Positions 51,468 to 64,000 of a stretch of 64,000 bases of DNA are shown piece after piece; positions within the stretch are counted from its first letter, which is position 1, and each line of letters begins with the position of its first letter. The stretch covers positions 74,090,001-74,154,000 of the forward strand of contig OZ024744.1 of assembly GCA_964016885.1 (NCBI GenBank), read 5' to 3'. The stretch is from Eledone cirrhosa (lineage: Eukaryota). The notes under the pieces are model-generated. The model did not search any database, was not told where the DNA came from, and saw only the letters and a list, made by a program, of their open reading frames with translations. The translations under genes were made by a program, and so were the position numbers.

Positions 51468-52168
51468 AGTATGGAAAATAATATATATATATATACACAC
51501 ACATATGTATATATATATGAGTGTATATATATGTATATATAAGTATGTATACGTACATACATATATGTATACAGATGTACAGTAGAATGTATATATATAT
51601 ACATACATGCACATATATATATATATGTACGTATGGATTTACCGAACATTTATTATAATGCTCGGTGTGTTTGTAAACAAACATCCCGAATTAAGCCATA
51701 CAGTGTTTAGTAACCATCGTTGCCCTTTTGTTCAACACTGACAAAGGAACGATGTACTATAATAAATGTTCGGTAAATCCATACGTACATATATATATAT
51801 ATGTGTGCATGTATGTATATATATATATACTACTGTACGTCTGTATACATATATGTATGTACATATACATACTTATATTTAAGTAACAGCCGTACTAAGA
51901 GGGAGAAATGAAATTTAGTTTCATTTTTTCCGTTTATCGTTTTCGGTGCGCCCCGCCGATTAACTCACTCGATATGCAAATTAGGCTGCTCAGCCGTTAA
52001 TATGCATAAGGACAGTATATACTTTCAGACATTGTTCAATCATCCAGCAGGAAGGTATACGGTGCTGACGATAGCTAATAAGCTTGAAACTAGTACATCT
52101 TTCCTTTGTCAGTGTTGAACAAAAGACCAACGATGGTTGCTAATCACTGTACGGCTTAATTCGGGATA
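51468..52168. repeat. HHR element: inverted partial monomer (51468-51759) plus forward monomer (51758-52168); HHR at 52060-52100
   Basis: cggtg CTGACGA t-agct-aata-agct-t GAAAC ta GTA catct. Homologous to 31262-31670. Confidence 0.8.
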
Positions 52169-52759
52169 ATGTGTAAGCATTTTGAGGTGCCCCAACAAAA
52201 GAATTGGTGGGAGCATCAACTACTTCCCATACTTGAAAAAGATCACATCTCAATCTTGTGGAACTTTAGCATCGAAACAGACCGAAAAATAGATGCAAAC
52301 AGACCTGATATAATATTGAAGGACTTTAAAAAGAGGGTATGCCTGCGAATTGATATAACCGTTCCAATAGACAAGAATGTATCTATAAAAACAATTGAAA
52401 AATTGAGCAAGTATAAGGACCTGGAGATAGAAATTGGAAAAATATGGAAATTGTGAATTAAAACAATACCAGTGGTTGTAGGCGCTCTAGGAATGATACC
52501 TAAGGGGTCTAATGATTACTTATCGCAAATCCCAGGAAACCCGCGTATAGGAGAAATACAAAAGATAGTACTAATGGAAACTGCCCATATACTAAGGAAG
52601 ATCCTGTCAATATAAGTAGATCACAAGTCTAAACACTAAAGATGCATGTGTGAGTATGTATGTTCTTCTCTTGAACATGACAGACCTTGTTGTCACTTGA
52701 GGTCACTGGTTGTGACTTGGTGATAACTCGTATGAACATAAAGCAAGATAAATGCAACT

Positions 52760-52760
<1 letters not shown>
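52168..52760 (+). mobile_element. R4/Dong 3' fragment, same family as 58760-61172, with a (TAA)n tail
   Basis: Highly similar to 60583-61172. Confidence 0.9.
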
Positions 52761-52794
<34 letters not shown>

Positions 52795-52795
<1 letters not shown>

Positions 52796-55700
52796 TTTTC
52801 TTTATTAACCACAAGGGTTCACATAAAGTAGACATTAAGGACAGTACAGGACAATACAGGACGGTACAAATGGGCATTTCTGCGTGTAAAAAAACAGAGG
52901 TTGAAATAAAATAACAAAGAAAAATTCCCCAATAGGGGGGAGACTTCCAAGGGACATTTGTGGAGAAAGCCCATTAAAAGACCACAGTGGCCCTGACCAC
53001 CAGGGCAAGTGCCCTCTCCCAGTTTTCCACCTTTAATTTACAGACACATACTCAGAGAAGGCCCATTCATTCGGGCCATACTTGCTTCTCTCACCCATCT
53101 TTCAACAAAATGCTGGGAAGAGAGCACTTCCCTCTCTACCCTGATTTTCCTTTTCAAATGAAATTTGAAAAAGTTAATCAGGGCATCATCGAAGAGGTAA
53201 GTGCTCGTCTTCAGCCCTTTCAAACGTGTCCACCATACTATCTCTTTCGCCATGGCCACCAGACAGATAAAAACTGCCTGCCCTTCCAGGCTAAAGGAAG
53301 GGGGCGGGGCAATCCTCACGATGGACTCAGCTGATAGCTGGATCCGTCCTACACGTGACAGCAGGTGTTCGACATAAACCCACAAGTCAGCAATGCTCGG
53401 ACACTGGACGAGTGCGTGCAGGACGGTTTCGTCGCCCTGCGCGCATCTCGGACATGCCCGGCTGACGGCACCTCCATGCCTGTAGAGTTTATCCCGAACT
53501 GGCAAAGCTCCTCGGTAGCACTGCCAGGCCAGGGATTTCTGGAAGTTGTCCATAGGCCCCGGCCCGAAAGTCCTTCCGAAGAGATTGGCTAGTTGATTTT
53601 CGTCGACGCCTAGAGTTTCTCCAAGTACGTCGTCGCTCTTCCCCTCCACTAATCCCCTATAGAACGCCAAGGTGGAGTTTTCACCGATCACATTGCCCGA
53701 TTGGTCGAGGGCTGTGAGCGCCTGAAGACATTCCAGTCTCCAAGCGCTCCCTCTCGGTCTTCGCTTGACCCAGGACTGCAGCTCCGTCAAGGAGACGAGC
53801 TGGGGAAAAACGTGTCTTGCAAACGTCGACCACACCTGATCACCGTCGAGGAAGAGGTGGAGATGTCGTAGCCTGAGCGCGTGTCTGCGCATCATCAGCC
53901 ACGGCATGCTCAGCCCTCCACGTAGCGGGTGTTGACAGCAGATGGACCGCCTGACCATCGGAGCGCGTCCCTTCCACAAGAAGCGAAAGAACAAACGCTC
54001 CAGCGCAGTCAGGCGGGGCTTAGGACAAGGTACGACGGTCAGGCGGTAGTAGATGACGGATGCGGTGTACGCATTCGCCACCTCCGCTCGACTTTTCAGG
54101 GATAGCTTCCGCTCGGCCCATTTCTGGGTGAGAGAAGCCACCCTGCTCGTCACCTCGTCCCAGTTTTTGTCCGTCTGGAGGTCTGGACCGAACCAGACCC
54201 CTAGTAATTTAACCGGTCCGTCCGTCCAGCGCCCGACGACGCTGTTGGACGGCATGGACCTGCCTCTCCAGGTGCCGAGCTGCAGGCCCACTGACTTTTC
54301 CTGGTTGATCATTGCTCCTGTCACCGCTTCGTATTCTCTTAGTGTAGTGCCGATCGCCTCGATGTGTTTGGCGTTCGACACCACTACGGTGACATCGTCA
54401 GCATATGCTGACACGGATCTTCCGCATCCTAGTTCGCGCGGGATCACCCTCAACGTCTCCAGTTTGTGCAGTAATGGCTCGAGAGTCAATACGTACAATA
54501 GGGACGAGAGGGAACATCCTTGGCGGACCGAGCGCATGATGTTGAACGGTTCCGAAAGGTGACCGTTCACTCTCACTACAGAGCAGATGTTGCTGTGCAT
54601 GGCAGCGATCCAGCCTCTGAAGACGGGCCCAAAGCCAGATGCCCTCAGGACTGCCTCTAGGTAACGATGGTCGACCTTATCGAAGTCTTTCGACTGATCT
54701 AAATTGATCAAAGTCCCACCCGTGCCAGGTTCCCTAGCTACCCTCTCTACGATGTATCGCATGGGGTGGAGGTTGTCGTGGATAGATCTGTCGGGAATGG
54801 CGCATGTCTGTGCCTCTCCCACCAGACCACCAACGACAAGCGCCAACCTCTTTTCTAGCACCTTGGCTAAAATCTTGAACTCTGTGTTTAGCAGAGTTAT
54901 GGGCCTAAAATTATCTATGTTATCTCCCTTGTTCGGATCCTTTCTCAGCAGCGCCACCGCTCCTCGGCTCACAGAGCTGGGAATTCTCCCGTTCTGTTGC
55001 CAGTTGCAGTAGACGTCCGCCAAGAGGCCTCCGAAAAAGTTTGGCATTTGTACGTAAAGTTCATAGGGCAGACCATCCAAACCAGGCGATTTACCCCTTG
55101 TGCAACTAGTCATTGCATCCCGTACTTCAGCGGTTGTTATCGGCTTTTCGCAACACTCCGCCTCAGTGGCCGAAAGCCGCGGCAGTCCGTCGAGGTAGAC
55201 ACTAAAGTCCATCCCTCGATCCGGCCCGCCACTGCCCCCGAACAGTTGAGCGAAGTGTCGCTGAAAAGCTTCACACATTTGCCCGGGATCGAGTAGCATG
55301 CGCCCGTCGTGGTCCACCAAAGACCGGATCGTGGCTTTGTTGCCACGACGCGCCTCCGCCACTCGGGCCCATTGAACGGCTTTCGTCCCCTCGTGTCTGA
55401 GAGCACGCACCCTAGCTTTGACAACGTAGCCTTCGTGCTTTGCATTGAAGAATTGGTCAAGGGCCAATTTCGCCGCAAGTACGTCGGTCGCGATGACTTT
55501 GCTAAGCGCCTCATCTAATTTTCTAACTAATTCTCCCTCTGCTCTATTTTTCTCTATTGCTAAAGTCTTACTAAACCTAATGGACTCTATTCTAATTGCT
55601 CTTTTCAGAGCAAACCACCACTTGTTGTTGACGATGGCCCCCGTCAACGCCCGCTTAACTAGTTCGCTAATCCGGTCTCTGTAGGCCTTGCGCGCTGGTA

Positions 55701-58685
55701 AGGTTGCGTTTAGCTTCCAGTAGCCGGGTCCTCGTCTATGAAGCCTATCTAAGTCAAGCACACAGATCACGAATTTGTGGTCCGTGTAGCTGACTATCTT
55801 GAATTGTGGACAGCCTATGCTAGACCTATATATTTCCCTACACAATACTCTATCTAGATATGATCTGGATGACCCTATGCGATTTGTCCAATCCACATTG
55901 GTACATTCGGGAAATCCATTCGGTACCTGTCAGACAGTTCAAAACGTCTGAGCAGGTTGGTGAGACTCTTGCACCCTCCTTCCCTATCCACTAATCTCAC
56001 ACAATCCCAGCGTGCATCTAAGATCCCGTTCCAGTCGCCCACTAACACTAAAGAGCGGGAAGTTCCAAGAAAGGTCTCCAGACGCCGGAAGAAATCAGGC
56101 CGCCCTGCTCCTGTCGGGGCATAGACGGCCACTAACCTGAAAGCTTGCCCGTCTCCGCTGGTCACGTCCAGCACCACCAACTTACCTTCTGGGTCCAGGA
56201 AGATGGCCCGTATGGCAAGATCCAAACCTCTCCGAAAAAGCACAGCAACTCCTCCCCCCGATTCCGGACGGCTGGGAGATGCGTACACATCGTAGCCGCC
56301 GAAGATCGGTGCGAAAGCCTGTGCTTCGGAGATTCTGGTCTCGCTGATGGCCACTACATCTATGTTTAGTGACCTGACGTCGTTGAGCAGGTGGCCCTGC
56401 TTCCATGACGACCCCAAGCCACGCGCATTTATGCTGCCTATTCTGAGTGAGGTCATGTTGAAAAGGAGTGGAAAAGATGGGAAAGACCACTTACCTTACT
56501 TCTCGTAGGGGAAGGACGGTTTTTCCATCCTTTTCACTGCTTGTGGCCTCCTCAGGAAGGATGTCCTTATAAATCCTCCTGGAGAGTGCTTGTCGGAAGT
56601 CTCCGATGTCTTTGGGGAATTTTTGTTTTAGTGTCATGTAAGTCTTCTGTGTGATGCGAGTGATTTGTTTGTGTGGAGGTGGTGTGAATTTTGGGGTTGT
56701 TGTGTAGTCTTTTTCTGTGATGCTGGTGTTGTGTTGGATGTAGTGTAATAATTGCTTGTTGTTCAAATTTAATGCTGTGTAGTGTGTATCGTTTTGGTTG
56801 TTTTGTTTTGTTTGCGTTTGTTGTGGGTTTGTTTCTGTTTCGCATTTTGGTGACTTTTGTGGTGTAGGTGATGGTGGTGTTGGGGTTAATGATGGTGATG
56901 GTGTTGGTGTTTGGGTTGATGGGGTTGGTGATGCTGGTGTGGATGGTGGCATATCTGTCCTAACTTTTTTGTTTCTTAATTTATTTGTTTCCCTCTGTAT
57001 TTTGTTTTTGGAGGGGAAAGGAAGAGAATTTTTTCTTTTTTGGTTTCTTTTTTTTTTCCGGATATCGTTTCCCACTCCTCGTCGTCACAATCTGTCTCCA
57101 GTTGTGATAGGCCGGGGAGTGGAAAATCCTCCACAGGCGTTAGTTTTGGTTGTGGCGTGGTGGATGGTATAGGCGCTGGTGCTAGTTCTGAAGCGTTGGG
57201 TGGTGATGGTGTTAGTTTTGATGGTGGTGGTGGTGGTGTTGGTTTTGCTACTGTTGCTGGGGTTGTTGCTGTTATAGTTGCTTCTGTTGTTACTGCTACA
57301 GTTGTTGCTGCCATTTCTGCTACTGGTGGTGTTGATGGTTGTGTCACTGGGGTGGGTAGGAGAGGTGGCCTCAACCTTTTAGCCTGAAGGCAGAAAGCCC
57401 TTAGGTGGGTTCCTTCATCACAAACGACACACCTAGGTCTTCTGCCCTCGACAATTACCGTGAGGTGGCTGCCGTCAGTGAGGTCTATTACCTCTGGGAT
57501 CTCCTCAATGCTTTTTTGGTCCGCTTGTATCAGGAGCTCCATCCCAGATCCGGACCAGTTCTCCTGCTTTTCTTTTGCTATTGCTATTATTTTTGTGTTG
57601 GCTTCGATGCCGGCGAGGACGGCCGCTATTAGCCAGGGAATTTCGATGGCCGGTGGAACGTGGGTCACCCTGATCTTTACGAGTCTCTGGCTACAATAGC
57701 TTGGGACGAGTGTGAAGTCGTCACTTCTTAATGGGACCATGGCGTGTTCTCTAGCCTCCTCTGGTGTTTCAAAGAACACGTCCACGGTTCCATACTTCTG
57801 CCCACGTCTGATGTGGGTTTTTCTTGCCCACACATGTCCCAAAGCTTTTTGGATTTGGGACTCGGATGCCCGTTCCACTCGGCGCGATTTTACATTTATT
57901 GTTCGATACGAAACGGTGCATAGGCGCCGATGCTCCATTTTATTAGGTGGGGGTGAGGCTGACCCTGTACCCATCTTTCTTTACCATTTGTTTGGCATTT
58001 TCTAAATCCTCCTGAGTTACCGTAAATGCTTCGAACTGTTATGCTACTCTGGCAAAACTGAAGGTCGTTTTTATAATGTCATTGTTGTTGTTGCTATCGT
58101 TATTTGTGTTAATATTAATGTTAGTTTCAGTTGTGGTGGTGGTGACGTCAGTCGTCTTTGGTGGGGAAGAGTCCATTTTGCTTGATTTCATTTCGACATC
58201 ACGAGTTAATTTATTTTTTTCTTCTTTTGTTTCTGTTGTCGCGGTGGTGGGGGTGGGGGTTGTCGCGGTGGTTGTGTTGGCGGAGGCTTTAACACCTGCA
58301 GTCATTGGTAATGGCGGGAAATGAATGTCTGCCTGAGACAAATTTAAAATATTGCTACTTCTTATATTTTTTGTAGTGTTGGCAAACGTAGTAACATTTA
58401 CAATGGTGGTGTCGGTGTGAGGTGTTAATTTGTGAGGAAGGCTTTCAGCTGCTTGGTGCAGAGGTGAATTAGCCATTTTTTTTCAAAGAAATTTTTTGAT
58501 AATAATAAAAGTTTAAATTTTGGGCACAAAGCCCCAATCTTTTTGGGTGTCCTTTTCGGAAAACAATGTATGTGCGCTTATATATGGTTAACAATAAACA
58601 TTTTCCATGAATGGCAATTTTTAACAAACGGAAATAACAAACCTTTGCGGAGCTCACGATGATACGATTTACTACGTAGGTCGCA
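52795..58685 (-). mobile_element. Full-length, young Tx1-clade retrotransposon inserted in (TAA)n
   Basis: ORF1 pieces 58476-56491 (CVVCDEGTHLRAFC). ORF2 56456-53038 has a single frameshift. (AAT)n lies on both flanks. Confidence 0.93.
53038..56456 (-). pseudogene. Tx1 ORF2 (APE-RT-zinc finger) with one frameshift near 55890
   Basis: A 193-aa APE ORF overlaps a 952-aa ORF with YLDR, TDH, RQGC, AYADD and CPRC..ETVLHALVQC. Confidence 0.92.
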
Positions 58686-58747
<62 letters not shown>

Positions 58748-58759
58748 GAAGAAGAAGAA

Positions 58760-61172
58760 GAAAAACCAGCAAATGGAAATCCCCAGGAAAAGACAAAATA
58801 CAAAACTTTTGGATAAATGCCTTCACAGAGTCTCATGAGCTGTTAGCCCAACTTTACAATGAAATATTTAAGGAGCCAGAAAAGATACCATCATGGCTAG
58901 TTAACGGCATTACATTCCTGCTTCCGAAGAATGATGAGACAAACAATCCCAAAAATTACAGACCGATAACTTGCTTGACAACAATGTATAAAATTTTAAC
59001 ATCAGTCCTAACTGAATACACATATGACCACCTGATAACAAATGACCTATTTCCCATTGAGCAGAAAGGGTCTAAACGAGGCTCATATGGCTGTAAGGAT
59101 CAGCTTCTGGTTAACAAAATGATACTGGAAGATTGTCATAATAGACACAAAAATCTATCGATTGCTTGGATAGATTATAAAAAAGCATTCGATAGTTTGC
59201 CATACAGTTGGATTGAAAAATGTTTAGAGATTTTCAAAATATCCCCCGTTGTCAGGAGGTTTTTGTCATTCAGTATGAAGACATGGAAAACGACACTCCT
59301 TTTGAATATTGAAACAAAATCACTGGAAGCTGGAGAAGTTAATATTAATTGTGGAATTTTTCAGGGTGACTCTTTATCACCGATTTTATTCTGCATCGCA
59401 CTTATACCATTAAGTAAAATGCTCAATGAAACAAAACATGGATATAAAGTCTATGACAAAACCATTAATCACCTGTTCTACATGGATGACCTGAAACTAT
59501 TTGCAAAAAATGATGAACAATTGCAAGGGCTATTATCCACTGTGGAGCAGTTCAGTGATGACATTAAAATGGAGTTTGGACTAGATAAATGCTCCAAAGC
59601 AACGTTCACCAGAGGAAAGCTGCTGAAGTGTTCAGACATTAATCTTGATCGGGGGAACGTGATAAGAGAACTTGATCAAGAAAAAACTTACAAATATCTA
59701 GGTGTTTGTGAAGGAGACGGAATCAAGCACTCGACAATGAGGGAAAGGATAAGGAAGGAATGTTACCGCAGAGTAAGAGCAATCTTAAGAACGGAATTGA
59801 ATGCAAGGAATAGGATCGATGCCATAAACACGCTTGCCATACCAGTAGTAACCTACAGTTACAATGTCATCAACTGGTCAAGCACATAGATCCGTAGGCT
59901 CGATACAAAAATTCGAAAATTCTTAACCATGCACAGAATGCATCACCCTAAGGCAGATATATATAGAATATATCTCCCTAGGAAAGAAGGAGGACGTGGG
60001 TTAGTCCAGTTAGACATTGCGTTGAAAACTGCAACAATTGGATTATCTACATATCTAAGGGAATCACATGATTGGATGATCAAACTCGTTTTGAAACACG
60101 AAAGCATCAAAAGATCATATTCCATTACAAAAGATGCACAAAGATACAGTAATGGACTACAAATTTCAGAAGTCCCATTTACTGCTGAAATGGAAAACAC
60201 AGAAAAAGCAAAGCAGGTAAAAGTAACTGCAAAGAAAGAACTGCTACAGAAACTGGCTAAGAAATGGCAAGAAAAGCCTCTGTATGGAAAATACCCAGAG
60301 CGAGCTAACAATCCTGGTGTTGACAAAACTTTAACCCATCAGTGGTTGGCATCCTCTGGACTGAAATCGGAGACTGAAGGACTGATTATATCAGCACAAG
60401 ATCAGTGTCTGCCAACAAAAAATTACAAAGCCAACATAATAAAAAATGGGTGCAGCCCATTATGCCGTGTATGCAAAAAACAACCAGAGACCATTGACCA
60501 TATATTTTCAATGTGCAGTCCTATAGCTCCAACCGAATACCTAAACAGGCACGACAGAGCTGCACAATACATACATTGGATTATGTGTAAGCATTTTGAC
60601 CTGTCCCATCAAAAGAATTGGTGGGAGCATGAACCACCTCCCATACTTGAAAAAGATCACATCTCAATCTTGTGGAACTTTAGCATCCAAACAGACCGAA
60701 AAATAGATGCAAATAGACCTGATATAATATTGAAGGACTTTAAAAAGAGGGTATGCCTGCTAATTGATATGTCTGTTCCAATAGACAAGAATGTATCTAT
60801 AAAAACATTTGAAAAATTGAGCAAGTATAAGGACCTGGAGATAGAAATTGGAAAAAATGTGGAAATTGAGAACTAAAACAATACCAGTGGTTGTAGGCGC
60901 TCTGGGAATGATACCTAAGGGGTCTAATGATTACTTATCGCAGATCCCAGGAAACCCGCGTATAGGAGAAATACAAAAGATAGTACTAATGGTAACTGCC
61001 CATATACTAAGGAAGATTCTGTCAATATAAGTACATCACAAGTCTAAACACTAAAGATGCATGTGTGAGTATGTATGTTCTTCCTTGAACATGGCGGACC
61101 TTGTTGTCTCTTGAAGTCACTGGTTGTGACTTGGTGATAACTCGTATGAACATAAAGCAAGATAAATGCAAC
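58760..61172 (+). mobile_element. 5'-truncated R4/Dong-clade retrotransposon (RT + CCHC + RLE) flanked by (TAA)n
   Basis: NYRPITCL, WIDYKKAFDS, GIFQGDSLSP, HLFYMDDLKL, CRVC..ETIDH..C, RPDI..IDMSVP..EKLSKYKDL. In-frame TAG at 59887 and a frameshift near 60855. Confidence 0.93.
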
Positions 61173-61173
61173 T

Positions 61174-61205
<32 letters not shown>

Positions 61206-61626
61206 GAACAAGAAGACACACATGGGCGATAGAAGGTCGAGAAATCGCTCCCGTAAGTTTTGATTTTTTAACATATTTAAATCAATTGTGAAATAACAAT
61301 TCTTAGTACAAATGTTGCATGAAACATCCAGCTTGAGTCCCAAAAAATTCGGATCCACAATATATTGTTATATAGCTCAAATATTCAATTTTGTATTATA
61401 CATTTTATATTCAAAAAGAAAATGGTTATAAATGGAAGGAAACCCCCTCTGTCTACACTATATAGAACAGCCAAATAACAGCAATTTCACCAACATCAGA
61501 AACTAGATACACCACCTACCCCATCACCCCTCTGTGTACACTAAACACAACAGCCCGATAACGGCAATTTCACCACCACCACCACCAATCTCAGCATAAT
61601 AATAATAATTACTATTACTATTGCCT

Positions 61627-62517
61627 CAAGTTTTAGTTTTAACAAAATGTTTAATTCCAATATTATGGGTAAATGTCAACGCATATACGCGACTAATGGT
61701 AATTTCACTAAAGATAATTTCACCACCAATACCACCACCACTACCACGATGAAAACTCTGGTCATGTCGACTCAAATTTCTACTCCAACTTCAACACCAT
61801 CACTACAGTAATACGACCACATCACCACCACCGCTGCCTCATTATCGCTACCGCCGCTATTCTCTCCCACTACCTCCTGCTAGTTGCTGCTAGCACAGCA
61901 CCGCCACCTCCGCCGCTGCCTCAATATCACTACCGCCGCTATTCTCTCCCGCTACCCCCTGCTACATTGTAGAATTCTCACTAAAAGAGGGAAACAACGA
62001 AATATATAAATAGACTGAATTGATGACCCGATCAAAATAAAAATAAAAATAAAAAAACAATAATCAAAATCAAGTTTTAGTTTTAACAAAATGTTTAATT
62101 CGAATATTATGGGTAAATGTCAACGCATATATGCGAATAACGATAATTTCACTAAAGATAATTTCACCACCAATACCGCCACCACTACCACGATGAAAAC
62201 TCTGGTCAAGTCGACTCAAATTTCTACTCCAACTTCAACACCATCACTACAGTAATACGACCACATCACCACCACCGCTTCCTCACTGTCGCTACCGCCG
62301 CTATTCCCTCCCACTACCTCCTGCTAGTTGCTGCTAGCACAGCACCGCCACCACCCCCGCCGCCGCTGCCTCAGTATCACTACCGCCGCTATTCTCTCCC
62401 ACTATCCGCTGCCACATTGTAGAATTCCCACTAAAAGAGGAAAACATCAAAATATATAAATAGACTGAATTGATGACCCGGTCAAAATAAAAAAGAAACA
62501 ACAAAAATCAAAATCAA
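61627..62517. repeat. 444-bp tandem duplication with internal CCA/CCG-rich subrepeats
   Basis: CAAGTTTTAGTTTTAACAAAATG at 61627 and 62071. Confidence 0.9.
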
Positions 62518-62845
62518 AGCAGCACAGCAACAACGAAACACGTAAAGGAAATAAAAGTGAAGAGAAAAACAAACGGACGGACAGAGAAGGGAAGGGAAAA
62601 ACTAAGTCAGACATTCAAACACTACATTACAATGAAACTTATGCTTATTCATTTTTGGAGTTTTTTCTGCCTGTTTGTTTGTTTGTTTGGGTTCGTCTAC
62701 AGCGTGATAATGCCACACAAAAGTCACGTGGAGTGACGAAACCACCGGAGACAAGTAATTCACCGGTGGTTATGTAACCATACATTCGCAAATCCTCGAT
62801 AAGGGTGTTTAAATGTCGAACCTAAACAGTTCGAATAACGGTGAA

Positions 62846-64000
62846 ATGGAGACTAGAATGTCATGTGACAGACTCCCACCCTACAGGTGCTCCCTGGCTC
62901 AGCAGCAGGGACCTGGCTGTCAACCAAATACTGCTGGTGTCGGAGGAAGAAGAAGAAGGAAAGGGACCAGAACCAACTGGACGAAAGAATTGAATAGAAC
63001 TGTTATGCAATGTTACCTGAAGAGTAACCCCAAGGAGAAAGGCTATAGGAAAAGGATGCATAGCATCTGGAACGAGATTGGTCCATTTAAATTAGATGAA
63101 CAAAAACTGGCCGGGCAGGCTCGGGTAATAAGAACTAATGGGTGGATAAGCGAGCTGGAACTGGAGGAACTGGGCAGAGAGATTAGCTTGGAGATGGAGG
63201 GTGGAGTATGCCAGGCAAACGAGCCAGTGGGGAATGAAGGTGAAGAGGTCGAGAGAACGGAGGAACCATCCGAAACAGACAATGATCTGAATGCTGAGAT
63301 AAATAATACCTGGAACAGAGATACGGCCACTGAGGAGATGAATGCTGACAGGCTAGGACAAGATTTGGTAGATATCCTTGGGAGACCTATGAACCTAAGA
63401 TTTGTAGACAGGAAAAAGTTAAAAGAAACAACAGCTAAGGTAAACAAAGTCATCCCATACCTTGAGGCGAGGAGCCTTCACCAGTGCAACAATATCCTCA
63501 AAGCAACAGCAAATACGGTGAGGAAACTACTTGGTATAAAAGCGAGAGGAAACAACAGACAAGAAAGAGCAGAGCCTTGGTGGAAGAAACGACTGAGTGG
63601 TCAAATCAGGGAAATGAGAAATGACATTGGAAAGCTTGAGTCACTACTGAATGGGACACTAAAAAACATAGACACTAAAAATAGACTGGAAATAAAGTAC
63701 AAAACTAGGAGGAAAAAGCTAAATATTATCATAGAGGAACTGAAGCAACGCATTGTAGCAAAAAGTGCAAAAATCAGGCGATACGAGAACAGAGTCAGCC
63801 AGTATAGACAGAACCGCAGATTCGACAACAACCAGAAGATGCTGTTTGGACAGCTTGAAGGGAAAGAAAGAGGCAACGACTTGATCCCTGAGGCGGAACA
63901 AACTAAAACATTCTGGAAAAGAATATGGGAGCAGGATGTTAAACATAATGACCAGGCAGTGTGGATTGAGACAGTACAGAAGGAGATCAGTGAACAGGCA
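62846..64000 (+). CDS. N-terminal part of an R4/Dong-clade ORF, open to the window edge (absent from the ORF track)
   Basis: Manual translation: WTKELNRTVMQCY..KGYRKRMHSIW..EQKLAGQARVI..ELELEEL..EPWWKKRL..EELKQRIVAKSAKIRRY..QNRRF. No stop codon seen. Confidence 0.85.
   Translation, partial: METRMSCDRLPPYRCSLAQQQGPGCQPNTAGVGGRRRRKGTRTNWTKELNRTVMQCYLKSNPKEKGYRKRMHSIWNEIGPFKLDEQKLAGQARVIRTNGWISELELEELGREISLEMEGGVCQANEPVGNEGEEVERTEEPSETDNDLNAEINNTWNRDTATEEMNADRLGQDLVDILGRPMNLRFVDRKKLKETTAKVNKVIPYLEARSLHQCNNILKATANTVRKLLGIKARGNNRQERAEPWWKKRLSGQIREMRNDIGKLESLLNGTLKNIDTKNRLEIKYKTRRKKLNIIIEELKQRIVAKSAKIRRYENRVSQYRQNRRFDNNQKMLFGQLEGKERGNDLIPEAEQTKTFWKRIWEQDVKHNDQAVWIETVQKEISEQA

Noticed and set aside
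61975-62040. Hammerhead in the 444-bp tandem unit
   Set aside because: The core motifs are incomplete and there are no supporting stems.

Overview
Repeat-saturated eukaryotic DNA with no recognisable host gene. It is most likely a cephalopod/octopus genome, inferred from the tRNA-derived SINE family, the LINE repertoire and the very high (TA)n/(CA)n density. It contains RTE-clade, Tx1-clade (one near-intact), R4/Dong-clade and CRE-like non-LTR retrotransposons, two decayed Helitrons in tandem, one Naiad-like Penelope (RT + GIY-YIG) element and about 10 SINE copies. The most striking signal is non-coding. More than a dozen type-I hammerhead-ribozyme (HHR) motifs or half-motifs from at least 8 unrelated sequence families lie in short (0.15-0.8 kb) elements, almost all bordered by (TA)n. 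They are arranged as ~315-440 nt tandem or circularly permuted monomers (retrozyme-like) or as fold-back palindromes. Several show compensatory stem changes, a U3-A8 catalytic-core variant and a recurrent U.U pair at the base of stem II. All folds were identified by eye and activity is untested. Most short ORFs in the track are microsatellite artefacts.
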